Origin: Squalus acanthias
Taxonomy: Eukaryota
NCBI GenBank assembly: GCA_030390025.1
Contig: CM059431.1
Span: 96,164,001-96,228,000 of the forward strand
DNA length: 64,000 nt
Reading direction: 5' to 3'
Under the pieces are notes generated by a model. It was not told where the DNA came from. It saw only the letters and a list, made by a program, of their open reading frames with translations, and did no database searches. The translations under genes were made by a program, and so were the position numbers. Numbering within the stretch: position 1 is the first letter of the stretch; each line of letters opens with the position of its first letter. This document shows positions 12,790 through 24,421 of this stretch, in pieces.

Positions 12790-14186
12790 GATCCCACAAA
12801 GAAAAAGGGTGGGACTCCCAAATCTAGAGCACCCTGGATGTCAAGGGGCATACAGGGTAGGATAAGGCAAAAATGGGAAGATTATGTCAGATACCGAGAG
12901 CAGAGAGGAGTATAGAAAGTGCAGGGGTGTAATTAAAAAGGAAATTAGGAAAGCAAAGAGAGGGCATGAAAAAATATTGGCAAGTAAAATCAAGGAAAAC
13001 CCAAAGATGTTTTATAAATATATTAAGAGCAAGCGGATAACTAAAGAAAGAGTAGGGTCTATTAGAGTCCAAAAAGGAAGCTTGTGTGGAGGCGGAAGAT
13101 GTGGGTATAGTTCTTAATGAATACTTTGCGTCTGTCTTTACAAAAAAGAGGGCCGATGCAGACATTGTAGTTAAGGAGGAGTGTGAAATATTAGATGAGA
13201 TAAACATAGTGAGAGAGGAAGTATTAACTGGTTTAGCATCTTTGAAAGTAGATAAATCGCCAGGCCCAGTAAATATATCCCAGGCTGTTAAGAGAAGCAA
13301 GGGGGACATAGCAAAGGGTCTGACCATCATTTTTCAATCTTCTCTGGCTACAGGTGTGGTGCTGGAGGACTGGAGGACTGCTAATGTTGTACCGTTGTTT
13401 AAAAAGGGAGAAAGGGATAGACCGAGTAATTACAGGCCAGTCAGCCTAACCTTGGTGGTGGGCAAGTTGTTGAAAGAAATTCTGAGGGACAGTATTAATT
13501 GTCATTTAGAAAGGCACGGATTAATCAGTCAGCATGGATTTGTTAAGAGGTCGTGTCTGACTAACTTGATTGAAATTTTTGAGGAGGTAACAAGGAGATG
13601 AGGGATGAGGGTAATGCGTTTGAATAAGTCTACATGGATTTTAGCAAGGCTTTTGACAAGGTGCCACATGGCAGACTGGTCAGAAAAGTAAAGGCCCATG
13701 GGATCCAAGGGAAAGTGGCAAGTTGGAGCCATAATTGGCTCGGTGGCAGGAAGCAAAGGGTAATGGTCGACGGATGTTTTTGTGACTTGAAAGCAGTTTC
13801 CAGTGGGGTTCCGCAGAGCTCAGTGCTGGGTCCCTTGCTTTTTGTGGTATACATCTATGATTTAGACTTCAATGTAGGTGGCATGATTATGAAGTTTGCA
13901 GATGATACAAAAATTGGCCATGTGGTTGATAGTGAGGAAGAAAGCTATAGACTGCAAGAAGATATGAATAGACTAGTTAGGTGGGCAGAAAAGTGGCAAA
14001 TGAAATTCAATTTGGAGAAGTGTGAGGTAATGCATTTGGGGAGCGCTAACAAGGCAAGGGAATACCCAAAAAATGATAGGATACTGAGAAGCGTAGAGGA
14101 ACAGAGGGACCGTGGAGTGCATGTCCACAGATCCCTGAAGGTAACAGGACAGGTAGATAAGGTGATTAAGAAGGCATATGGGATAG
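12790..14186 (+). mobile_element. CR1 ORF2 fragment
   Basis: ENPKMFYKYIK, KSPGP, AFDKVPH and FADD motifs; truncated at the Penelope junction. Confidence 0.93.
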
Positions 14187-14187
14187 T

Positions 14188-15078
14188 TTCAGAAAATGCT
14201 GGAAATACTCAGCAGGTCAGGCAGCATCTGTGGAGAGAGAAACAGAGTTAACGTTTCAGGTCGATGACCTCTCATTAGAACTGGAAAAAGTTAGAGATGT
14301 AACAGATTTTAAGCAAATGCAGGGAAAGGAGGAAAGAACAAAAGAGAAGGTCTGTGATAGGATGGAAGGCAGTTGAGATTAAATGACAAAAGGGATGATG
14401 GTGCAAGGCAAAAGGAGATGATAATGGGACAAGTTAAGAAACAAAAGATGAGTCTAGATGAGGTGTAAATGGAAATGGCAGAATCATCAACAGCTGCCAT
14501 GTGAAAAAATTGGGGCAGAGGTTATGGTCTGAAATTGTTGAACTCTATGTTGAGTCCAGAAGGCTGTAAAGTGCCTAATCGAAAGATGAGGTGCTGTTCC
14601 TCGAGCTTACATTGAGCTTCATTGGAACAGTGTAAGAGCCTGAGAACGGAGAGGTCAGAGTGGGAGTGGAGCAGAGAATTAAAGTGACAGGTGACCGGAA
14701 GCTCAGGGTCATACTTACGGACTGAATGGAGATGTTCCACAAAGCGGTCACCCAATCTGCATTTGGTCTCCCCAATGTAGAGGAGACCGCATTGTGAGCA
14801 GCAAATACAGTATACTAAATTGCAAGAAGTACAAGTAAATCGCTGTTTCACCTGGAAGGAGTGTTTGGGACCCTGGACAGTGGGAAGGGAGGAGGTAAAA
14901 GGGCAGCTGTTGCATCTCCTGCGCTTGCATGGGAAGGGGCCATGGAAAGGGGAGGGGGTGTTGGGGGTGATTGAGGAGTAGACCAGGGTGTCGCGGAGGG
15001 AGCGGTCCCTTCGGAATGCTGAAAGGGGAGGTGAGGGGAAGATGTGTCAGGTGGTGAGATCATGCTGGAGATGGCAGC
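14188..15078 (-). mobile_element. Penelope-like element 3' part (GIY-YIG endonuclease + terminal repeat)
   Basis: ORF 14522-14851 with LVYCICCSQCGLLYIGET...LGTLQPSGLN; same family as 21383-24345. Confidence 0.93.
14246..14282 (-). ncRNA. Hammerhead motif with core mutation (probably inactive)
   Basis: AGUU-CUAAUGA-G-AGGUC(AUC)GACCU-GAAA-CGUU-AACU; the core reads CUAAUGA instead of CUGANGA. Confidence 0.6.
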
Positions 15079-17256
15079 ATTGGGAAAATGCTGGAGTCTA
15101 TCATTAAGGAAGTGATAGCAGGACATTTAGAAAATCATAATATAGTCAAGCAGAGTCAGCATGGTTTTATGAAAGGGAAATCATGTTTGACAAATTTGCT
15201 GGAGTTCTTTGAGGATGTAACGAACAAGGTGGATAAAGGGGAACCAGTAGATGTTGTGTATTTGGATTTCCAGAAGGCATTCGATAAGGTGCCACATAAA
15301 AGGTTACTGCACAAGATAAGGGGCCAAAAATTCGGCACTTGCCGGGTGAGTACGCTGTGTACTCACCCGTAAGGCCTCCTAAAGAGCCGGTTTCCTGCAT
15401 GCACTGCGCATGCGTGGGAAACCGGAACTTCCGGTCTCATGAAGGGAGTGGTTCAGAGGTGAACCGCGTGCGCGGTAGAGGCTGCGCGCACGCAGCGAAC
15501 TTAGGTTTTTTTTCAGGTTTCTCCGGGAGGGTAAGTATTGAACAAGCTGCGCTTTTAAAAAGGAGGCGCAAGACCCGTTTTCAACAAGGTAAGTGGTTAA
15601 TTAATTACAATTTAAAAAAAATTTCTACAGGTTTATCTTTTTTAGATACTTTAAAGAAAGGTAAGTTTATTTTTAGCACTGTTAAAAAGTATTTTAATTT
15701 TTTCAAAAATTAAATTTTTGTTTAAAGTAGTTAATTTATTTAACTTATAGTTATTTTAAAAATGTGATCGTTTTTTAAAAAATGTATTTGAAGTTTAGGT
15801 GTTGTTTTGGGGCCAATTTCAATTCATAGATTTGACAGATCCTGTCAAATCTATGAATGAAAGATGGTCTGCTGCCATTGGCTCTCCATGGCCCACGTGA
15901 TCCCAGGGGACGCATCACACTAACTACGCCCCTGGGATACACAAGCACTGCGCGCCGGCAGTTGGGGGAGGCCCAGGAGCTGGAGTCCCCGTGGGCCCAG
16001 TGGCCAACGGCAGGCGCGGTAGGTAGGTGCGCGCGGGATCCTTGCACCCGCGGGAAGCCAGGGAGCCTAATTTCTGGGCCAAGAGCTCACGGGGTTGGGG
16101 GTAATATATTAGCATGGATAGAGGATTGGCTAACTAACAGAAAACAGAGAGTCGGGATAAATGGGTCATTTTCAGGTTGGCAAACTATAACTAGTGAGGT
16201 GCTGCAGGGATCAGTGCTGAGGCCTCAACTTTTTACAATCTATATTAATGAGACTTGGATGAAGGGACGGAGTGTAATGTAGCCAAATTTGCTGATGATT
16301 GAGGAGTGGACCAGGGAGGGAGCGGTCCCTTCGGAATAGGTGGGAAAGCAAATTGTGTGGAGGACGCAAAGAATCTCCAAAGGGATATAGATAGGCTAAG
16401 TGAGTGGGCAAAAATCTGGCAAATGGAGTTTAATGTGCGAAAATGCAAGGTTATCCACCTTGGTAGGAAAAATAAAAAAGCAAATTAATATTTAAATGGG
16501 GAGACATTACAAAATGCTGAGGTACAGAGGGATCTGGGGGTCCTTGTACATGAATCACAAAAAGTTAGCATGCAGGTGCAGCAAGTAATTCGGAATGCAA
16601 ATGGAATGTTGGCCTTTATTTCAAAGGGAATGGAGTATAAAAGTAGGGAAGTCCTGTTACAACTGTACAGGGCGTTGGTGAGACCACACCTGGAGTACTG
16701 CGTACAGTTTTGGTCTCCTTATTTAAGGAAGGATATACTTGCATTGGAGGCAGTTTCAGAAAAGGTTCACGAGGTTGATTCCGGAGATGAAGGGGTTGTC
16801 TTATGAAGAAAGGTTGAGCAGGTTGGGCCTATACTCATTGGAGTTTAGAAGAATGAGAGGGGATCTTATTGAAACATATAAGATTCTGAAGGGGCTTGAC
16901 AGGGTAGATGCAGAGAGGATGTTTCCCCTCGTGGGGGAATCTAGAACTAGGGGGGCATAATTTCAGAATAAGGGGAAACCCTTTTAAATCGGAAATGAGG
17001 AGGAATTTCTTCTCTCAGAGGGTCGTGAATCTTTGGAATTCTCTTCCCCAGAGAGCTGTGGAGGCTAGGTCATTGAATATATTTAAGATGGAGATAGACA
17101 GATTTTTGAAAGTTAAGAGAATCAAGGGTTATGGGGAACGGGCAGGGAAGTGGAGTTGAGGCCAAGATCAGATCAGCCATGATCTTATTGAATGGCGGAG
17201 CAAGCTCGAGGGGCCAAATGACCTACTCCTGCTCCTACGTCTTATGTTCTTATGTA
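15079..17256 (+). mobile_element. 5'-truncated CR1 LINE containing a MITE and a short Penelope-derived insert
   Basis: QHGFMKGKSCLTNL through GYGERAGKWS; tail (tcttatgt)n. Confidence 0.95.
15321..16080. mobile_element. Harbinger-like MITE
   Basis: TIRs gggccaaaaattcgg / cctaatttctgggcc (12/15) and AAG TSD; removal restores CR1 LLHKI|RAHGVGG, as seen uninterrupted in the copy near 58400. Confidence 0.88.
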
Positions 17257-18099
17257 TGGCGGAAATGGCAAAAATGGCAGTGAACATATCATCCTCCACC
17301 ATTTCCTCAGGTAAATGCGTCTGAGGGTTCGGTCCAGGAGAAAAGACTGGGAAGTTTAGGAGGCCGGTGGTCGGGAGGCCGGTGGTCGGGAGAGGAAGCG
17401 ATCATGGTGGGGGTGGGGTCAGGAGCATTGGAGATCTTTCATTAAATGTAGGGTCTGGATGTGCACTCCTGCTGCTCCAGATTCAGGTAGGTAAGTGTGA
17501 AAAACTTACTTTGTAGGTAGCAGGTGCTGGCACGGGCTGCCTCAGGGCAAACCAGTCTTGAAGTGGGTGTCTCAAATAGGTATTAAGCCCCTTATTTGCA
17601 TATATAAAGGACTTTCTTCAAGGGCGGGAAAAGGACGCCTATCTTTTTTCCTTTTCCAGTATGTCGGGCGACACACTTCCAGCAGGAAATGTGCGCGCGC
17701 TTCCTGCCCACCATATTGGCGGCTTAGTGGGTGCTGCGGGCCCGAATTTATAATCCATGATATTTTTGACTGTGTAGTTTACATAGCAAGAGTAACTAAA
17801 TTTAAAATGAACGCTGTTCCTTCGTTAACTTCAAAGTGGATCATTGGAGTCAGGTTGCAAGAATAGGTATGGTCCATTTGTTTAGGAATCAGCAAGATAA
17901 AGGCTGCCTTTGATGAGGATGGGGTATTTTAAATGCCAATTTAATGACCATAGGCACTGCAGATAGAAAATGTGTCCTGTGAGTTGGTATGGCCACCTCC
18001 CAATTATATATAAACCAAGTGGTGTTAAACCTGACAAGCTGAGGTGAAGGGCTGCCCACAGCTGTTGTGATCCTCGGATTCCAGGCAAGGTGCATCTAC

Positions 18100-18158
18100 C
18101 TTCTCATTAAGTACTTCATAGAAGCTGTTACGGGGCAAGCAAAGGTGCAACTTTCAGT
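18100..18158 (-). CDS. Candidate exon (59 nt; TESCTFACPVTASMKYLMR)
   Basis: Acceptor gcccccatacag|, donor aag|gtagat; open in phase 0, matching the end phase of the 19484 exon. Confidence 0.28.
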
Positions 18159-18433
18159 CTGTATGGGGGCAATACAACATTTGTTCTTTGATATTCAATT
18201 TAATCAAACTCTACGGGAGACCTCCATCTTGAATGGGGAAAGTATTCTTAAATGAGTGCTGCATTACTGGTTTGTCAGTGAGCTGATTCTGGAGCGAAGT
18301 GGAGTAGAGTCCCTGCAGTTTGCTTTGGATTCAGCGCTAGACATGGCACCCAATTTACACTTCACAAGTTTAGCAGTGCAAATCTAATCGATAACTATTT
18401 TCTGGGGTGATGTTCTGAGATTCCTGTCTCTAT

Positions 18434-19303
18434 GGGGGAAAAATTCAGTTGGTTGCGCCTCCCGTTAGCGCCTTAAGAGGGCGCAAAGCATCTAGGGGCC
18501 AGGCGCGGCGATGTTTGCGCCGCTCGCGAAATTAACTAGCCATTTTGCGGCGGCGCTAAACACTACCGCCACGATCTCCTGCGCTGGCAGATTGTGACGT
18601 CAGTCGAGTGCGCAATGCCCCGGTATCGTCTCGGAGCAGATATTGAGTGGCGCCCCCTGCCTTACCGCCTGACGCTAGTAACGACAGGTTGAGGGGAGCG
18701 TTTTGCAGTCATGAAGGGACTGGGGGAGCGCTATTTAAGGGCGACCGCTTCCTGCCTTTTATTGTTGGTGCCATTTTTGAACTACGCATTCTGAGAGAGA
18801 GAGACTTCTGGAGAGATTCAATGCTGTGTGAAGGAGTTTTGGGTACTGAGTAGCACTTTGCAGGTTCATTTTGATTTGCCATTTCTTGTATCGATTTAGA
18901 AGAGACTGTGGGGGCTGCACTCTAAGCTCTTTCCCTGGTACTCTCCATTGTTCTTTCCAGCAGATTTGATGTGCAGGTCTCTCCAGGCCGGGATTCAAGG
19001 CTGCAATGAGCAGGATGTGGATGGAAAGCAAGATCAACCATCCCCTTTAAGAACTGGCCATTGTGTGTGTGTTCCATTGCTGACTGACATCACATGAGCT
19101 TCGCCAGCGCTCTGAGGTAACGCCTCGCTCCTCGGCCTTTGCGCCTTAAGACAGGTGTGAAGCGCCTGATTTAGCGCTCCAATCACCTCCAGGGGCGATA
19201 AAAGTCAAGTTTGTAGTCGGTGGCAATAATTAGCGCCAGGCGCTAATCTTTGCGCCCGGCCGATAATTGCGCCCCAAATGGGGCGATACTGAATTTCTCC
19301 CCC
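18434..19303. mobile_element. Harbinger-like MITE (870 bp)
   Basis: TIRs gggggaaaaattcagt / actgaatttctccccc (15/16), TAT TSD, many subterminal GCGCC motifs. Confidence 0.9.
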
Positions 19304-19483
19304 TATAACTCTTATTAGAACATTAGAAAAGTTGCTACTGAGACACCACATCTTAAATGGTAAAAAGCAAAAATCTGCAGATGCTGGAAATCTGAAACAA
19401 AAACAAAAAATGCAGAAATCTTAGCGGCTTTCGGTTGCGAAAATTAAAGGCATCTTGATGGTCACATATCTATCGAATCTCAC

Positions 19484-19590
19484 CCAGGCCCAGATATCCC
19501 TCAATGAGAAGCTGGTGGCCTTGTAGTGACACTGAAGTTCCCTGGGCCCCTGATTGACAGGAGTCATGGAAGTGCTGTACAAATGTTCAT
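19484..19590 (-). CDS. Candidate exon (107 nt; EHLYSTSMTPVNQGPRELQCHYKATSFSLRDIWAW)
   Basis: Strong acceptor ttaatttctattgaattttag| and donor tgg|gtgaga; a single open frame; higher GC than its flanks. Confidence 0.5.
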
Positions 19591-19739
19591 CTAAAATTCA
19601 ATAGAAATTAATCTTTTATGAAATAACAAAAATATTATAAATAAAAAACATACAGACAAGGAATCATGAGTGGAATCATGTAACAGAGCATCTGAGTCAA
19701 GTAACGGACAGAATTAAACAGACAAATACATGTAAATAG

Positions 19740-19925
19740 CCAAGTGGCAGGCCTGGAGAGAAATGGGAGCAGATGGAAAACACAGAAAACCTGGGGGTCA
19801 GGTAAGGAATTAAAACAGGTTTGCAAATGAGGGTATAAAGTCTTAAGTTACTGAAGTCAGTGTTCAGACCAAACGTGCACAGGGTGGTGAGCAGAAAGAT
19901 GAGATATGACCCTCCCAGTCTCCAC
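19740..19925 (-). mobile_element. Old Penelope GIY-YIG C-terminal remnant
   Basis: Minus strand gives IFLLTTLCTFGLNTDFSNL, resembling LIFRLGTLQPSGLNIEFNDF. Confidence 0.5.
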
Positions 19926-19979
19926 GTTCACCAGAACACCTTCCACTATTACTGCCATCTACAACATCACCGTGGCGTT

Positions 19980-20223
19980 AAGGGAGGAATGTTGGCCAAG
20001 ATAGCGGAGGACCTCCCAGGTCTTCTTCAAATAGTGCCATAGCATTGTTGGGATCTTAGTTTACCGTCTCAGCTGGAGAACAGCACTTCTAACAATGCAG
20101 CACTCCCTTAGTACTGCACTGAAGTGTCAGCCTAGATGCTGTGCTCAAGCCATGAAGTGGAGCTTGAATCAACGATCTTCTGACTCAGAAGTGAGAGTGT
20201 GACCAAAGGAGGCAAGCAGACAC
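19980..20223 (-). mobile_element. Deu-domain tRNA-SINE, 5' part
   Basis: Reverse complement resembles 52376-52640 (tRNA head, gctgacact...cagtgcagtact.agggagtgctgc). Confidence 0.75.
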
Positions 20224-20226
20224 TAA

Positions 20227-21060
20227 GGGCTGACTTTTAATGGAGAAGGCGGGTTGGGAGCGAGGGAGGGGGTGTTCCGAGGCAGTCGCGAAACACAGGA
20301 GAACGGGTTTCCTGCAGGCCTTGCCGAATTTAATGGCATGGGAAGCCTCTGTTTCCCACCCACAACCAGCCAGATTGAGAGGCTGGCTGGCTCCGGGTGG
20401 GTAGGCCTGCACTAGGCCGCAGAGAGGAGGGATGGCATGGGAGCCGGGGAGCGGCCAGAGGAGCAGCGGGCCCATCGGATGAGGGTCAGGGGCCGGCCAG
20501 AGGAGCGGGGTGGGGAAAAAAAAAACAATCGCTAAAAGAGTGGGGGCCAGGAGCAGGGAGCAGCAGGGGGCTGGGGGTCGGGTGAGGATCAGGGACCAGA
20601 AGCAGCAAGGGGAGGGCCAGAGAAGCAGGGGGCTCTCAGCAAAGATCAGCAGCCGGAGGAGTGTGGAGGAGCCGGGAGGTTTGGGGGAGGCCTCATTGAG
20701 GGTGGGGGGGTTGGATCTCCAATTGTAGGGGGTGGGTTAGGTAGGGACGCTGGATTCAGGAGGTAAGTGTAAAGGCACTTACCTCCTGGATCCAGCAGTC
20801 TTCACCTTGCATTTGCTGGCAGGTTTCACGAGGCGTGCAAAACCGGACCAGCTAAAGTTAAACTCAAAATGAAGGTTAAAGCAGAAGCTTCCAGCCTCAT
20901 TAGAATATTGAAATAGAGGACCCTCCTCCTGGCAGCGGATTGGCTGCCCACTCCCCATCCCACCTCTGTTAAAACAGGTTCCGGTTGGGATTCAGATTTT
21001 TAACACTAACTTCCCACACGCCCCCAACCCATCCATTTTTTTTAGGTTAAAATTTCCCCC
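20227..21060. mobile_element. Harbinger-like MITE (834 bp)
   Basis: Ends gggctgacttttaa / ttaaaatttccccc, TAA TSD; homologous to 24422-24899. Confidence 0.85.
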
Positions 21061-21382
21061 TAAAATTGTATATTAACAGAATAACATGCCTTAAAATCAT
21101 TTAGTTGTTTCATCTCTTGAAACCTGCAACACTTTTGTATCACATAAAATTGCCTGTACTAATAATCTTTGGGCTCAAAAGATCTTCAAAAAAATGAGTG
21201 TTCAGGTTAAAATCTCCAATTCCAGTGGGTTTTGAAATGTGTTGTGCTGTTTAGTGTCTATTCATTGTGGAAATAAATAATAAATAAAACATCCCACTTC
21301 AAGGATAAAGTATTTTGGAGGGAGAGGAACTGGATCAAATAAATCAGCCCTTTTATTTTTAAGGCCGACAGTTCAATAATTG

Positions 21383-24345
21383 AAACAACAACAGAAAACG
21401 CTGGAAAAACTCAGCAGGCCAGGCAACATCCGTGGAGAGAGAAACAGAGTTAACGTTTCAGGTCGAAACCCTTCGTCAGAACTGAGAAAAAAGCAAGAAA
21501 TGAAACAGATAAAAAAGCAAGGGGGAGGCTGGGGGGAGGAATAAAAGAACAAAAGGGGTGGTCTATGGTAAGTAGAGACATTAAGAGATGCTCAAGGCAA
21601 GACGAGATGGTAATAGGACAGGTTAAGAAACAAAAGGTGGCTAGAAGTATGAAGTGTGAAATGCTGGCAGAATGAAAGACAGCTGCCGTGGGGGGAGAGA
21701 GAGAAAAATAAGGGAAAAGGCACAAACCAAAAGGGTGGATAAAATGTATATATGTGGTAGGGGCCGAGGTTATGATCTGAAATCGTTGAACTCGATATTG
21801 AGTCCGGAAGGCTGTAAAGTGCCTAATCGGAAGATGAGGTGCTGTTCCTCGAGCTTACGCTGAGCTTCCGTGGAACAATGCACGAGGCCGAGGACGGTGA
21901 GGTCTAAGTGGGCGTGGAGAGGTGAATTAAAATGACAAGCAACCGGAAGCTCGGGGTCACCCTTACGGACTGAACGGAGGTGTTCTGCAAAGCGGTCACC
22001 CAATCTGCGTTTGGTCTCCCCAATGTAGAGGAGACCACATCGTGAGCAGCGAATACAGTATACTAGATTGCAAGAAGTACAAGTAAATCGCTGTTTCACC
22101 TGGAAGGGGTGATTGGGCCCTGGAGAGTGGGAAGGGGGGATGTATAAGGGCAGGTGTTGCATCTCCTGCGCTTGCACGGGAAGGTGCCGGGCGAGGGGGA
22201 AGGGGTGCTGGGGGTGATAGAGGAGTGGACTAGGGTGTCTCGGAGGGAGCGGTCCCTACGGAATGCTGAAAGGGGAGGTGAGAGGAAGATACGTTTGGTG
22301 GTGGGATCACGTTGGAGGTGGCGGAAATGGCGGAGGATGATCCATTGAATGTGGAAGCTGGTGGGGTGAAAGGTGAGGACAAGGGGAACTCTATCGTGGT
22401 TCTGGGAGGGAGGGGCCGGGGTGAGGGCAGAAGTGCGGGAGATAGAACGGACACGGTCGAGGGCCGTGTCGACCACGGTGGAGGGGAATCCTCAGTTGAG
22501 GAAAAAGGAAGACATGTCGGCAGCACTGGTATGGAAGGTGGCATCGTCGGAGCAGATGCGGCAGAGACGGAGAAACTGGGAGAAGGGAATAGAGTCCTTA
22601 CAGGAGGCGGGGTGGGAGGAAGTGTAGTCCAGGTAGCTGCGGGAGTCAGTGGGCTTGTAGTGAATGTTGGTCAATAACCTATCCCCAGAGATGGAGACGG
22701 AGAAGTCGAGGAAGGGAAGGGAAGAGTCGGAGATGGACCATGTGAAGGTGAGGGAAGGGTGGAAATTGGAGGCAAAGTGAATGAAATTGTCTAGTTCAGG
22801 GCAAGAGCAGGAAACGGCACTGATACAGTCGTCAATGTACCGGAAAAAAGAGGTGAGGGAGGGGACCCGAGTAGGACTGGAACAAAGAGTGTTCCACATA
22901 TCCCACGAAAAGGCAGGCATTGCTAGGACCCATGCGGGTACCCATAGCAACACCTTTGATTTGGAGGAAATGAGTGGAGTCAAAGGAGAAGTTGTTCAAT
23001 GTGAGAACAAGTTCAGCCAGGCGGAGGAGGGTGGTGGTGGATGGGGACTGGTTGAGCCTCTGTTCAAGGAAGAAGCGGAGCGCCCTCAGGCCACACTGGT
23101 GGGGGATGGAGGTGTAGAGGGATTGTACGTCCATGGTGAAAAGGAGGCGGTTGGGGCCAGGAAACTGGAAACTGTTAAAGTGGCGGAGGGCGTCAGAGGA
23201 ATCGCGGATGTAGGTGGGAAGAGACTGGAGAAGGGGAGAAAAAATAGAATCGAGATAGGAAGAGATAAGTTCCGTGGGGCAAGAACAGGCTGAAACGATG
23301 GGTCTACCAGGGCAGTCCTGTTTGTGGATCTTGGGAAGGAGGTAGAAGCGGGCTGTGCGGGGTTGGGGATCTATGAGGTTGGCGGCTATGGAGGGAAGAT
23401 CTCCAGAGGAGATGAGGTCAGTGACAGTCTTGGAAACGGTGGCTTGATATTCGGTAGTGGGGTCATGGTCCAGGTGGAGGTAGGAGGAGGTGTCGGAGAG
23501 TTGGCGTTCAACTTCCGCTAGGTAGAGGTTGGTTCGCCAAACAACAACAGCACCACCCTTGTCAGCAGGTTTAATGACAATGTTGGGGTTGGATCGGAGA
23601 GAATGGAGTGCTGCAAGTTCAGAGGGAGGTAGGTTGGAGTGAGTGAGGGGAGCAGAGAAATTGAGATGGCCGATGTCACGGCGGCAGTTAGCAATGAAAA
23701 GATCTAGAGAGGGTAACAGGCCAGAGGGAGGGGTCCAGGTGGAACGAGAATTCTGAAAGCGGGAGAAAGGGTCAGCCGTGCGGGGGGGAAGACTCCTGGC
23801 CAAAGAAGTGGGCACGGAGACGAAGGCGGCGGAAAAAGAGCTCAGCATCGTGCCGAGCTCGAAATTCATTGAGGTGGGGGCGTAAGGGGATGAAGCTCAG
23901 GCCTTTGCTGAGGACTGATCGTTCAGGGTCAGAGAGGGGAAGGTCAGAGGGGATAGTGAAAACGCGGCAGGGGGTGATATTGGGAGAAGGGGGGTCAGAG
24001 GAAAGTGAAGGGGAAGAAGGTTCCGGAGGGGAGTTAGTGTCCAAGAGTTGTTGAAGCTTGCGATCCTTGACATCGGAAAGGAAGAAGAAAAGTTTGTTGC
24101 TGAAGCGTCGGATGAGTCTAAGGATGAAATGAAACTGTGGACCCGGATAGCTTTGAGATAGAGTGCGCCGGTGCTGCTGAAAAGTGAGGTCGAGAGTGTT
24201 CATGTGGCGCCGCATGGCGTTGAGCGTGGATCTCAAGATGTGGCGAGAGCAGTAGTTCGAGGAACGATGAATATCTTGGAGATATTTGTAATCCTGGGTG
24301 GATCCGAAACACGAAGGGTGAAAGTTTAGTTGGAATCCACGTGGG
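21383..24345 (-). mobile_element. Penelope-like retroelement, ~3 kb, frameshifted RT + GIY-YIG
   Basis: IKPADKGGAVV, RPIVS, DVQSLYTSIP, GVAMGT, RYIDD and GIY-YIG (LVYCI..YIGET) motifs; 7-bp TSD ataattg (21376-21382 / 24346-24352). Confidence 0.95.
21448..21483 (-). ncRNA. Minimal type-I hammerhead ribozyme motif in the Penelope terminus
   Basis: AGUU-CUGACGA-A-GGGU(UUCG)ACCU-GAAA-CGUU-AACU: intact core, palindromic ACGU helix III, helix I AGUU/AACU. Confidence 0.8.
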
Positions 24346-24368
24346 ATAATTGCTTTTTTCTGGTTTAC

Positions 24369-24394
24369 CTGTCGTGAGATCAGTATTGATCAGC
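24369..24394 (-). CDS. Candidate 26-nt micro-exon (LINTDLTT)
   Basis: ttccag|GCTG...ACAG|gtaaac; phase 2 to 1 links the 25105 and 19484 exons in frame. Confidence 0.38.
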
Positions 24395-24421
24395 CTGGAA
24401 TTAAGCCTTTTAAAAGTCATT

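Larger units (their letters stand above)
12646..17756. mobile_element. Probable Harbinger-like MITE shell enclosing CR1/Penelope/CR1 insertions
   Basis: Ends ggcctagaaattcggg / cccgaatttataatcc (13/16 inverted match), ATG on both flanks; MITE-like GC-rich sequence at 12660-12785 and 17257-17756. Confidence 0.55.

Noticed and set aside
22312..23521. Plus-strand ORFs of 120-170 aa
   Set aside because: They are antisense shadows of the Penelope coding region.
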